From Gemmatimonadota bacterium (GTDB lineage Bacteria > Gemmatimonadota > Gemmatimonadetes > Palauibacterales > KS3-K002): a stretch of DNA of 32,850 nucleotides. Shown in pieces: positions 8,411-17,654 of the stretch (positions are counted from its first letter, which is position 1; every line of letters starts with the position of its first letter). Below the pieces are notes generated by a model. That model did not search any database. It was not told where the DNA came from and saw only the letters and a list, made by a program, of their open reading frames with translations. The stretch lies in the NCBI GenBank assembly GCA_039586795.1, contig JBDHJS010000040.1:1-32850 (forward strand), given 5' to 3'. The translations under genes were made by a program, and so were the position numbers.

Positions 8411-10567
8411 TCACTCCATTGTCGCATCCACTCCCACGGACATCCCCAAGCTCTTCACCAGGAACGCCCACCGATCCGCCTGCTCCTGGATCACCATCGC
8501 GGTAGGCTTACCGCCGCCGTGGCCCGCCTTGGTCTGAATCCGAATCAAGACCGGAGCATCGCCCATCTGCGCCCGCTGCAGCTGCGCGGCGAACTTGAAC
8601 GAGTGGCCCGGTACGACCCGGTCGTCATGGTCGGCGGTAGTGACCATGGTTGCCGGGTAATAGTCGGGGTGCAGGTTGTGCAACGGCGAATAGGCGTACA
8701 GGTAACGGAAGCCCTCGGGGTCGTCGGACGAGCCATAGTCCGAGGTCCACGCCCAGCCGATCGTGAACTTGTGGTAGCGCAGCATGTCCATGACGCCGAC
8801 GGCAGGCAGCGCGGCGCCGAACAGGTGCGGTCGCTGGGTCATGACGGCCCCGACCAGCAGTCCGCCGTTCGAGCCACCGGCGATGGCCAGCTTCGGCGTC
8901 GAGGTGTAGCCCTCATCGATCAGGTACTCGGCGGCCGCTATGAAGTCGTCGAAGACGTTCTGCTTCCGCTCCTTCGTCCCCGCCTTGTGCCACTCCTCGC
9001 CGTATTCGCCGCCGCCTCGCAGGTTGGCGGAGGCATAAATGCCGCCCATCTCCAACCAGACCAGCATGGTGGTCGAGAAGCCGGGCCGACGGCTGATGTT
9101 GAATCCGCCGTAGCCATACAGGTACGTCGGGTTGGAGCCGTCGAGCTTGATCCCCTTCTTGTAGGTCAAGAACATGGGGATCATCGTCCCGTCTTTCGAC
9201 GGATAGAATACCTGCTTGGTCTCGAACGCGCTCGGATCGAAATCGACGCTAGGCGCCTTGTAGACCGTGCTCTCCCCCGTCTCAAAGTCGTAGCGGAAGA
9301 TCGTTGTCGGGTAGAGGAAAGATGTGAACGAGTAGAACGCCTCGGTGTCATCGCGCTCACCGCTGAACCCACCGGCAGATCCGATCGTGGGCAGCTCGAC
9401 CTGCGTGTCGAACGTACCATCCATGTTGAAGACGAAGATCTGCGTATGCGCGTCGTGCATGTAACGAACCACGAACTGGTTGTTCACGATGCCAACGCTC
9501 TGCAGCACATCGTCCTTCTCCGGGATGATCTCCTTCCAGTCCTTGCGCTCCGGCTTGCGCGTGTCGATGGCGATCAGCCGATACTTGGGAGCGTCGAGGT
9601 TGGTCAGGAAGTAGAAGACCGGCCCATCGTTGCCGACGAAGTTGTAACTGGCATCGAAGTCATCCAGCAGCTTCACGAACTCGCCACCGAGGTTTGGATT
9701 CGAAGGGTCGCCGAAGTCGACATAGTAGAGACGATTCCGTTCGTCGGTGCCGTGCCCCACGTTGAGCAGACCGTAGCGCCCGTCATCGGTCACGCCCATG
9801 CCGAAGCCCCACTCCGGCTGGTCGGGCCGCTCGTAGATCAGCTGGTCTTCAGATTGGGGTGTCCCGACCCGATGGTAGTAGAGACGCTGGTTACGGTTCG
9901 CCTCTTCATAGGTGTCTCCCTCTGTGGGCTTGTTGTAGCGGCTGTAGAAGAAGCCAACGCCGTCGTGGGTCCACGACGCGCCGGAAAACTTGATCCATTC
10001 CAGGTGGTCGTCCAGATCCCTTTTGGTCTCGACGTCACGGACGAAGAACTCGCGCCAATCGGACCCGCTCTTCGAAACGCTGTAGACCATGTACTTCCCG
10101 TCTTCGCTGATATCGAGCGGATACGCTGAGACCGTACCGTCCTCGGACATCTTGTTGGGGTCGAGGAGGACTTCGGGCTCCGCGTCGAGGGAGGTCAGCG
10201 TGTAGTGGACCGACTGATTTTGAAGACCGTCGTTCTTCGAATAGAAGTAGCGGCCTCCATCCTGATATGGCGTGCCGAACCGTTCATAGTTCCACAACTC
10301 GGTCAGGCGCTCTCGGATCCACTCACGCTCCAGGATCGCATCCAGGTAGGCGAAGGTCACCGCGTTCTGCGCCTCGACCCACGCCGCCGTCTCCTCGCTG
10401 TTCGTATCCTCGAGCCAGCGGAAAGGATCGGCGACCAGCGTCCCGTGGTAATTGTCGATCTGGTCCACCGTGCGGGTCGCCGGGTACTCGAGCTGCTGAG
10501 CGCTCACCGGGAGCACCGCAATGAGAACCAAGGCGATCGCGATTCCGAATACCTTTCTTACTGCCAT
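8411..10567 (-). CDS. Prolyl oligopeptidase (peptidase S9A), secreted/periplasmic
   Basis: DPFRWLED N-terminal motif, YGYGGF, GGSNGGLL (nucleophile Ser), DHDDRV (Asp) and AGHGGGK (His). GAGGAG RBS lies before ATG 10567, followed by a signal peptide. Confidence 0.95.
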   Translation of the reverse strand: MAVRKVFGIAIALVLIAVLPVSAQQLEYPATRTVDQIDNYHGTLVADPFRWLEDTNSEETAAWVEAQNAVTFAYLDAILEREWIRERLTELWNYERFGTPYQDGGRYFYSKNDGLQNQSVHYTLTSLDAEPEVLLDPNKMSEDGTVSAYPLDISEDGKYMVYSVSKSGSDWREFFVRDVETKRDLDDHLEWIKFSGASWTHDGVGFFYSRYNKPTEGDTYEEANRNQRLYYHRVGTPQSEDQLIYERPDQPEWGFGMGVTDDGRYGLLNVGHGTDERNRLYYVDFGDPSNPNLGGEFVKLLDDFDASYNFVGNDGPVFYFLTNLDAPKYRLIAIDTRKPERKDWKEIIPEKDDVLQSVGIVNNQFVVRYMHDAHTQIFVFNMDGTFDTQVELPTIGSAGGFSGERDDTEAFYSFTSFLYPTTIFRYDFETGESTVYKAPSVDFDPSAFETKQVFYPSKDGTMIPMFLTYKKGIKLDGSNPTYLYGYGGFNISRRPGFSTTMLVWLEMGGIYASANLRGGGEYGEEWHKAGTKERKQNVFDDFIAAAEYLIDEGYTSTPKLAIAGGSNGGLLVGAVMTQRPHLFGAALPAVGVMDMLRYHKFTIGWAWTSDYGSSDDPEGFRYLYAYSPLHNLHPDYYPATMVTTADHDDRVVPGHSFKFAAQLQRAQMGDAPVLIRIQTKAGHGGGKPTAMVIQEQADRWAFLVKSLGMSVGVDATME

Positions 10568-10689
10568 AGCTGGACTCCTCCCGGCCACGTGGGCCGTCTT
10601 GTCCTCCATATCCTTTCCGGCTGGGTTGGATAGATGCTATCGGGTGGTCACGGCTTGGTCAACGGCAGGAACAGCAGTGTGTACGACCT

Positions 10690-10747
10690 ATGTCGAGTAC
10701 GATCACGAGCAGGAGCACGAGTGAGTTCTCGTGCTCGTGCTCGACAT
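10690..10747. terminator. Hexamer-repeat (GAGCAC-like) inverted repeat downstream of mscS
   Basis: 10690-10709 matches the reverse complement of 10728-10747 at 18 of 20 positions, 10 nt beyond the mscS stop. Confidence 0.6.
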
Positions 10748-10756
10748 GCGCCAGCG

Positions 10757-11626
10757 TCAGCTAGCCCCTATCATTTGGACGTGCGGATACGGTATCGAAC
10801 AACCCGCCGCCTCCAACTCTTCCTTCAGTGTCCGCAACAACTCGGTTTTCAACCCCCAGAAATCTTCCTTCTTGCACCACGGCCGCACCAAAAGATTCAC
10901 CGACGAGTCGGCCAGCTCGCCGACTCCGATGAACGGCTCGGGATCGGCCAGCACACGATCGTTACTATCGAGCACGCGCTTAATCGTCGCGATTGCCTTC
11001 CCGATGTCATCATTATACGAGATCCCCATGACAAGATCGTTACGACGCGTCTCGTTCGCCGCGAAGTTCTTGATCGTCCGACCGTAGATCTGCGAGTTGG
11101 GAATTACGATCCTGACGTTGTCCGGCGTATTGAGCTCGGTGGTGAACATGCCGATCGCCGCAACCGTACCTGCGGTTCCGCCCGCGTCGATGAAGTCTCC
11201 AACATGGAACGGACGGAAGAGCAGCAGCATGACCCCGGCCGCGAAGTTTGACAGCGTTCCTTGTAGCGCCAGACCGACGGCAAGGCCGGCCGCACCGAAG
11301 ACGGCGAGGAATGATGCGGTCTGCACGCCGACGATCCCCAGAACCGCGACGAGGATGACCGCGAACAACGTGTAGTAAACAAGCCCGGTGATGTATGGAA
11401 TGAGAGTCGGCTCAACTTCCGCCAACGTTAGTGCCCTCCGGACACCGCGTCGTGCCCATCCCGCCACCATCCGGCCGATGAACAGCAGAACGATCGCACC
11501 AACGACTTTGAGACCCCACTGGCTGACCAGGTTGACGACCAGATTCCAGACCTCCAACAACGTTTGCTGCGCCGCCGCCGCCTGTTCCTGTGCCGCGCCC
11601 ACGACGCCCTCTGCCGAACCCTGCAT
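10757..11626 (-). CDS. mscS: Small-conductance mechanosensitive channel MscS
   Basis: GAAGLAVGLALQGTLSNFAAGV, RPFHVGDFI, IPNS and IPYPH motifs; GGAGG RBS before ATG 11626. Confidence 0.92.
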   Translation of the reverse strand: MQGSAEGVVGAAQEQAAAAQQTLLEVWNLVVNLVSQWGLKVVGAIVLLFIGRMVAGWARRGVRRALTLAEVEPTLIPYITGLVYYTLFAVILVAVLGIVGVQTASFLAVFGAAGLAVGLALQGTLSNFAAGVMLLLFRPFHVGDFIDAGGTAGTVAAIGMFTTELNTPDNVRIVIPNSQIYGRTIKNFAANETRRNDLVMGISYNDDIGKAIATIKRVLDSNDRVLADPEPFIGVGELADSSVNLLVRPWCKKEDFWGLKTELLRTLKEELEAAGCSIPYPHVQMIGAS

Positions 11627-11950
11627 TGTCGCCCTCCAGTCGTTCGGGGATCCTTTGACCAATAGTGCCCGGCAGCCTTCGCCGGGCACCGCACTTTTGA
11701 TTTCCGATTGACAGGGCGAGAAAACTAGGCGCCCTCATATGCTCCGAAAAGGGGCAGATTCCCGACTTCGGAACCTACCGTACACCCGGATCGTAGTTAT
11801 GGGTAAGAACGAGCACGGCGAGCTGGAAGCCCGGGCGCTGGAACATCGCGCGATCCGGGGGCATTGATAACCGTCGCGGTGTCGGTCATTTTCCCCGTGC
11901 ACACCAGCCCGCAACCATCTGCAACCGGCAGAAAGACAACACTGACTAGT

Positions 11951-14128
11951 ATGTCGCGTCTCAAGCGGCTGATCGTTGAGATCCACAGACGTTCAATCTG
12001 GCAGGTGCTCGCGGTCTATGTCCTGGGCGCCGCCGCCGGCTACCAGGTCATCCAGAGCCTCACCGAAGGCCTGAGTCTGCCACCCTGGTTCCCCAGTTTC
12101 GCCGTCGTCCTCTTCATCGTCCTGCTGCCGGTTGTGGCGGCCACGGCGTTGGTACGCGAAGGACCGGGCCAGGATCTGGAGCAACCGACCATCCTCGACG
12201 AAGACAGCCCCGCCCCGATCGAGCCAAAGCAGACCACGCCTGCATCGTCTCCCTCGCACGGTCGCCGCCGTGTTCTCACTCTGCGCGGCGCGCTTGTATC
12301 CCTGGTCAGCGCGCTGGCCGTCTGGGGAATCTTCGCGACGGGATATCTGGTCATTGGAGGATTCCCCGGCCTCGGGAGCGGAACCGACACCCAGTTGACC
12401 GCGCTCCGCACCAAGATGGTCGTACTCCCGTTCGAGAACCTGGGACCCGCTGAGGACGAATACTTCGCAGACGGTGTGACGGAGGAGATAACCTCGCGTC
12501 TCGCCGAGATCCCCGAGCTCGGCGTCATCTCCCGGACAACCGCCATCCAATACAAGGGAACGCAGCTCTCCGTTCGCGATATCGCGCGAGAACTGGATGT
12601 GGAATACGTACTGGAAGGAACGGTTCGTTGGGAGCGTCTGCCCGGCGGCCCGAGCCAGGTGCGAGTTACTCCGCAGTTGATAAGAGTAGCGGACGACACC
12701 AACGTCTGGACCGAACGCTATGACGCGATCCTTTCCGAGATCTTCGACGTCCAGACCGACATCGCGGAAAACGTAGCCCGCGCATTGGACATCACCTTGC
12801 TCGAACCACAGCGCCAGGCGATGGCCGTAGCGCCGACCGCCAACCTGGAAGCCTACGACCGCTATCTGCGTGGGAACGAGCGATACAGCGATCGCTTCCA
12901 AGAAGCCAACGCGACCGCCGCGATCGAGCTCTACGAGCAGGCGACGCGTCTCGATTCCACTTTCGCCGTAGCCTATGCCGCGCTCTCACGCGCCCACGTC
13001 TGGTTGCACTGGCAGTTCGGTCGCACCGATCAACTGTCGCGGGCCAGAGCGGCGGTGGATCGCGCCCTGCAGCTCGCTCCCGACCTCGCCGACGCACACA
13101 TGGCGCTGGGCGACTACTACTACTATGGACAGCAGGATTTCGAGCGAGCGCTCGAGCAGTATATATCGGTCCAGCGGCGCCAACCCGGGAACTCTGACGC
13201 CCTGGCGCTCACCGCCTGGATCCTGAGACGGCAGGGCGAGTGGGACCGTTCGATCATCAACGGCCTGCGGGCCGTCGAGCTCGACCCCCGCAACCCGGTC
13301 TGGGTCATCGGCCTGGCTCAGAACTACTACTACACCCGCCAGTACGCCGCCGGCGAGGTGTTCTTCCAGCGGGCCATCGCCCTGGCTCCGCAAACGGCGT
13401 ACAACTACCAGTGGACCGTCGCCTTTTACCTGGCCTGGGATGGGCACATGGAGCGGGCCCGTCGCACTCTCGAGGACGGTAGTCTTCGCATCGATCTCGG
13501 TGAACTGCTCGTGGGACCCGAGGTCGCCTGGATCGGCGCCAGCGTGTTCGCCGAGGAGTATGGCGCGGCCATCGACAGCCTCAGCCTCGAGACTGCGTCT
13601 GTAGATTCCGCCGACTACTACCTGACGAAAGCCCTGGTCAACAAGCGGCGCGACCGCGCCAACCTGGCCCGCGTCTACTACGACTCCGCAGGCGCCGTGC
13701 TGGAGGGCCGCACAGAGGGGCCATCGGGCCAGAGCGACCCTCGTATCCTCCTCGGGCTTGCCTACGCCGGTTTGGGGCGCGGGGCGGATGCGATCCGCGA
13801 AGGCAACCGGGCGGTCGCTCGACTCCCGTTGTCTGCTGATGCCCTCGTCGGTGGCGAGCGGCTCCTCGATCTGGCAAGGATCTATGTAATGCTCGGCGAT
13901 TTCGACGCCGCAATCTCTGAGCTCCGGCTGCTCATCTCGATCCCTTCGGTGATATCACCCCAGCTGCTGCGCCTCGACCCGACCTGGGACCCGCTCCGCG
14001 ACGACCCTCGCTTCCAGCGGCTGCTGGAGGGGCAGCCCGGGGAATCGGAGCGAGACGCCGCCCCGGTACGCATAGCGCAACACGTTGAGCGGCCCTCTGA
14101 ACCGCCTGGCAGGTCGCGGGCTCCCTAA
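11951..14128 (+). CDS. Membrane-anchored TolB-N/FlgO-like domain + TPR repeat protein
   Basis: N-terminal EIHRRSIWQVLAVY plus about 3 TM helices. VVLPFENL...YFADGVTEEI...VISRT domain, multiple TPRs, and C-terminal LRLDPTWDPLRDDPRFQRLL. Confidence 0.85.
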   Translation: MSRLKRLIVEIHRRSIWQVLAVYVLGAAAGYQVIQSLTEGLSLPPWFPSFAVVLFIVLLPVVAATALVREGPGQDLEQPTILDEDSPAPIEPKQTTPASSPSHGRRRVLTLRGALVSLVSALAVWGIFATGYLVIGGFPGLGSGTDTQLTALRTKMVVLPFENLGPAEDEYFADGVTEEITSRLAEIPELGVISRTTAIQYKGTQLSVRDIARELDVEYVLEGTVRWERLPGGPSQVRVTPQLIRVADDTNVWTERYDAILSEIFDVQTDIAENVARALDITLLEPQRQAMAVAPTANLEAYDRYLRGNERYSDRFQEANATAAIELYEQATRLDSTFAVAYAALSRAHVWLHWQFGRTDQLSRARAAVDRALQLAPDLADAHMALGDYYYYGQQDFERALEQYISVQRRQPGNSDALALTAWILRRQGEWDRSIINGLRAVELDPRNPVWVIGLAQNYYYTRQYAAGEVFFQRAIALAPQTAYNYQWTVAFYLAWDGHMERARRTLEDGSLRIDLGELLVGPEVAWIGASVFAEEYGAAIDSLSLETASVDSADYYLTKALVNKRRDRANLARVYYDSAGAVLEGRTEGPSGQSDPRILLGLAYAGLGRGADAIREGNRAVARLPLSADALVGGERLLDLARIYVMLGDFDAAISELRLLISIPSVISPQLLRLDPTWDPLRDDPRFQRLLEGQPGESERDAAPVRIAQHVERPSEPPGRSRAP

Positions 14129-14233
14129 AGCTTTACAGATCAGCAAGATCCAGTATTTTGTATCAGTGCTCACTTGAGCCGGCTCCGACGCCAAGCGTAT
14201 TCCCCGCCTGAATAGCTTGACAGGGTTAAAATC

Positions 14234-15718
14234 ATGCGTCGACTCCACCATGGGGAGTCCGTGGGCGACAGAGGTCTGCTCCGCGGATGGCACCGCTATC
14301 TCCTGGCGGTTCTTCTACTCCTGACGCCAGCCACACTCCAGGCACAAGGTGACTACGGCCGCGACGGCGTAGAGCTGGAGGGATTCGGGGGCGTCTACAT
14401 TCCCGGCAAGCTCACCTTCCAACCCGGCGAGACCGAGTTCGTCATGGACGACAGCCGCTGGATGGTGGGTGCACGGCTGGCCTACACGTTCGCCTTCAAC
14501 CTCTTCTTTGAGGCTTCGGGAGCGTACGTACCGCTGCGGATGGCGGATCAGACCAGCGTGACGAATCTCAACACGCTGATCGCCACGGGCGCGATCGGAT
14601 ACAATATCCAGATCATGCCAACGGCTCAGCTCTTCCTCGTGGCCGGTGGTGGGGTCACGCAGTGGAAGCCACAGAACTCGGCGATGGAGAGACAGCCGGA
14701 AGCTGTCTTCGGCGGCGGTCTACGAATCTTCATCAGCCGTGGGTTGGCGCTGCGAGCCGAGGTGCGGGACCACTTCATATTCAAGACGCTTTCCGAGACG
14801 CGGCAGCGCTTGAACCCGGGACTCACGATCGAAGATCAGTCCACGCACAACATCGAGGTGACGGCCGGTGTCACCCTCTTCTTCCAGTCGACGAGGGATT
14901 CGGACGGTGATCGGGTGATCAACCGCTACGACACGTGCCCCGACACTCCCCCAGGAGTAGCTGCCGACGCCTGGGGCTGCCCCCTCGACGGCGATGCTGA
15001 CGGCGTGCCCGACCACCTCGATCGGTGCCCGAGCACACCGCCGGGTACCCAGGTGAATGATCAGGGCTGCCCGCTGGACTCGGACGGCGACGGCGTCACC
15101 GATGATCTGGACCGTTGTCCCAACACGCCAGCCGGAGTGACGGTCGACGCCACCGGTTGCCCACTCGATTCCGACGGCGACGGTGTGTTTGACGGGGTCG
15201 ACCAATGTCCGAACACCCCAGCCGGGGCCACCGTGAACGAGACCGGTTGTCCTCTCGACACGGATGCCGACGGCGTGTATGACGGCATCGATCGGTGCCC
15301 GAACACGCCTGAAGGTCGCGAGGTCGACGAGTTCGGCTGCAGCGTCATTCAGGCCGGCCTGGAGGAAGGACGGCTGGTACTCTCGTCCATCTACTTCCAG
15401 ACCGGAAGCTCCACACTCACCCCGCAGTCACGGATGGTGCTGGACGAGGTGGGGCAGGCACTGCTGGATCGAGCGACGATCAGGGTAGAGATACAGGGTC
15501 ACACCGACTCCAGCGGCTCGGCTGCCGTCAACCAGCGGATCAGCGAGCAGCGCGCCCGCTCCGTCTTCACCTATCTGGTGAGCACGTTCCCGGGCCTGGA
15601 TCGAGGCCGCTTCACAGTTCGCGGGTACGGTGAGGCTCGACCCATCGCCACCAACGCGACCCCGGATGGCCGCAGCATGAATCGCCGGGTCGAGTTCGTA
15701 GTGGTGAACCAGCAGTAG
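14234..15718 (+). CDS. OmpA-family outer membrane protein: beta-barrel + thrombospondin type 3-like repeats + OmpA C-terminal peptidoglycan-binding domain
   Basis: Signal peptide, amphipathic beta-strands, five DxDGDGVxDxxDxCPxTP repeats, and IQGHTDS...NQRISEQRA...NRRVEF. Alternative start is GTG 14261. Confidence 0.92.
   Translation: MRRLHHGESVGDRGLLRGWHRYLLAVLLLLTPATLQAQGDYGRDGVELEGFGGVYIPGKLTFQPGETEFVMDDSRWMVGARLAYTFAFNLFFEASGAYVPLRMADQTSVTNLNTLIATGAIGYNIQIMPTAQLFLVAGGGVTQWKPQNSAMERQPEAVFGGGLRIFISRGLALRAEVRDHFIFKTLSETRQRLNPGLTIEDQSTHNIEVTAGVTLFFQSTRDSDGDRVINRYDTCPDTPPGVAADAWGCPLDGDADGVPDHLDRCPSTPPGTQVNDQGCPLDSDGDGVTDDLDRCPNTPAGVTVDATGCPLDSDGDGVFDGVDQCPNTPAGATVNETGCPLDTDADGVYDGIDRCPNTPEGREVDEFGCSVIQAGLEEGRLVLSSIYFQTGSSTLTPQSRMVLDEVGQALLDRATIRVEIQGHTDSSGSAAVNQRISEQRARSVFTYLVSTFPGLDRGRFTVRGYGEARPIATNATPDGRSMNRRVEFVVVNQQ
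14897..15343 (+). repeat. Five intragenic 90-bp (30-aa) Ca-binding TSP3-like repeats
   Basis: Units such as DSDGDGVTDDLDRCPNTPAGVTVDATGCPL are repeated five times. Confidence 0.9.
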
Positions 15719-15741
15719 AGTACAAGAGATCGACGCATGAT

Positions 15742-15778
15742 TCGAGCGGGGTGGCCGATTTCGGGCCACCCCGCTCGA
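15742..15778. terminator. Bidirectional terminator hairpin between the OmpA-family gene and the polysaccharide operon
   Basis: Perfect 15-bp stem TCGAGCGGGGTGGCC / GGCCACCCCGCTCGA with a 7-nt loop, located between convergent stops. Confidence 0.8.
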
Positions 15779-15779
15779 T

Positions 15780-17654
15780 TTAGGAGGGACGTCGCGGTAG
15801 CAGTATCGTGACGGTCTCGCCCGGCGCCAGCGACGGAAGCCGCACCCGCAGGCCATCAGGAATGAAGTGCGACTCCGGGATCACATCGCCGATCTCCGGC
15901 GCCGCGTAGTTGGAGCGATTCTCCGGCAAATGGATGTGAAGCCAACCGTCAGCCAACGGCTGGTCGCTTGAACTATGGACCTCCAGGATCACGCTCCCAT
16001 CACCCCGTTCGCGTGCCCGCAGCTCGATCTGTGATCGGCTGAGCCACCAGTCGGCGATGTCGGCGGCGGGAGCGATCCACACGTCACCCATCTCTCGAGC
16101 CGCGATCACCGCGGCCTCGACCGCGTCGACCCGGCGGTCCGAGTCGATGAGCTGCGAGTGAACGGTGAGTAAGTTGAGCCCACCCACCGATCGCATCTTT
16201 TCCAGACCACCCAGCAGCGCAGCCGCAAGCGAGTCCCGCGACAACTCGTTTCTTAGGACCATCACCGTGTAGTCGTCATCGACGACCCGGGGCAAAACGA
16301 CGATCCGGCCCGACGACACTTCAAAGATCTCAGGTACCGCGCTGCGGGCATCGTTGGATGCCGCCATGTATGTACCACCGCTGCGTAGCCATGCTTCCAA
16401 GGTGGAGATGTCAAACAGCTCGCGCGGCGGACGCAAACCCAAGGCCGGGACAGCCGCCCAAGACTCGATGTCAGCCCGCGCTTGCGTCGCGTTGCTCAGC
16501 TGCGCGAGCCAGCTTCGCCCGGCAACCTGCCGATGGTCGACGCTGTGGCTGCCCAGCTCGCCAGCGGCGCTGAGCGGTTCGGCCAACTCGGGATAGGCGA
16601 GTGCCAACTGGGTCACGACGAAAAAGGTGATGGGCGCGTCGATCGCCGCCATGCGTTCCGCCAGGCGCCGACTGTTCTTGAAGCTGTGCTCCACATCCTC
16701 GGTCACCGCCATAGCCGCCCTGAAGCCGGCGGGCCATGGATCGACTTCGGCGACCGCGTGACCCGATGTCCACAGCGCGGCGTTCTGCGCCAGCCGGTCA
16801 ACCAGCCGCTGGTCGGTCGAGCGGGCGGCGACATCGAGACGGTATCCAAACCACGCAAGGCGGCTACCGCTGCTCGCCCGATAAGCGACGGCAGCCCCCG
16901 CGGCGCCGCCATCCGGGGCGGCCAACGGGTTGAGCGACCAGTCGGACCAAAAGACGGAGCTCGAATTGGAACGCACGGTCACCCATGGCTCCGACTTGAG
17001 CTCGATACGTGCCCCAGGGGGGAGGCCTGCGGCAAGGGCACTGCCGTGAGGTACCGTGAGGTAAGTCGGAGGTTTTCCTTCCATCGTTCCGGCGGCGCCG
17101 GCGCCAGCCAGCCCCCGGAGGAATTCGTAGCCCAGCCACTCGCACTCCTCATTCCGGGCGCCCAGCGCCCAGGTGGCGAGCAGGTGACCGCCGCTCTCAA
17201 CGCGCCGGCGGATCGCTGTTCGCTCCGCATCGTTCAGACAAACCGCGGCGGGTATGATCAGCAGATCATCCCGATCGATGGAATCGACATCGTCGATATC
17301 GGAGATACGGCCGACGGCGGCTCCCACGCCGCTCAACAACTCACTCCAGCGGTCGATCAGCGAGTCGTAGTAGGATGAGTCGGGGAAGAACGCGACTGAA
17401 GTCGGCGATCGATAAACGACCGCCCTCCAGATCACGGGCACCGGCAGCTCCGGCAGTCGAAGCTCGGCCACCGGCTGCACGAACGGCGGCGGCGTGTCAT
17501 CGTTCGCTTCCAGCAGCGAATCGATATCGATGATCCGCCACAGCAACACCGCGGCGCCGATCAGCCCCGCGCCGAGAGTGCCGAGTAGGATCAGCGCGCC
17601 GGCCCAAGCCCAGGGCGTGCGCGTCCGGGGCGGCTCAGAAACCGGTGCGGCCAT
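15780..17654 (-). CDS. Membrane-anchored polysaccharide deacetylase (CE4/NodB-like) with an N-terminal GATase-like alpha/beta domain
   Basis: N-terminal TM helix. LLIIPAAVCL...IRRRVESGGHLLAT domain, then CE4 motifs VTEDVE, TFFVV, ELGSHSVDH, GLRPP and LLTVHSQ. Confidence 0.8.
   Translation of the reverse strand: MAAPVSEPPRTRTPWAWAGALILLGTLGAGLIGAAVLLWRIIDIDSLLEANDDTPPPFVQPVAELRLPELPVPVIWRAVVYRSPTSVAFFPDSSYYDSLIDRWSELLSGVGAAVGRISDIDDVDSIDRDDLLIIPAAVCLNDAERTAIRRRVESGGHLLATWALGARNEECEWLGYEFLRGLAGAGAAGTMEGKPPTYLTVPHGSALAAGLPPGARIELKSEPWVTVRSNSSSVFWSDWSLNPLAAPDGGAAGAAVAYRASSGSRLAWFGYRLDVAARSTDQRLVDRLAQNAALWTSGHAVAEVDPWPAGFRAAMAVTEDVEHSFKNSRRLAERMAAIDAPITFFVVTQLALAYPELAEPLSAAGELGSHSVDHRQVAGRSWLAQLSNATQARADIESWAAVPALGLRPPRELFDISTLEAWLRSGGTYMAASNDARSAVPEIFEVSSGRIVVLPRVVDDDYTVMVLRNELSRDSLAAALLGGLEKMRSVGGLNLLTVHSQLIDSDRRVDAVEAAVIAAREMGDVWIAPAADIADWWLSRSQIELRARERGDGSVILEVHSSSDQPLADGWLHIHLPENRSNYAAPEIGDVIPESHFIPDGLRVRLPSLAPGETVTILLPRRPS

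Noticed and set aside
8327..10129. 600-aa plus-strand ORF and other long antisense ORFs (e.g. 6659-7699, 18192-19358)
   Set aside because: They are shadows of well-supported opposite-strand genes in GC-rich DNA and have no recognisable motifs.
14217..14222. TTGACA -35 boxes at 14217 and 11708
   Set aside because: No plausible -10 hexamer at 16-18 bp spacing.
14897..15343. Regularly spaced repeats as a possible CRISPR array
   Set aside because: They are in-frame, degenerate 90-bp coding repeats with no unique spacers, and no cas genes are present.
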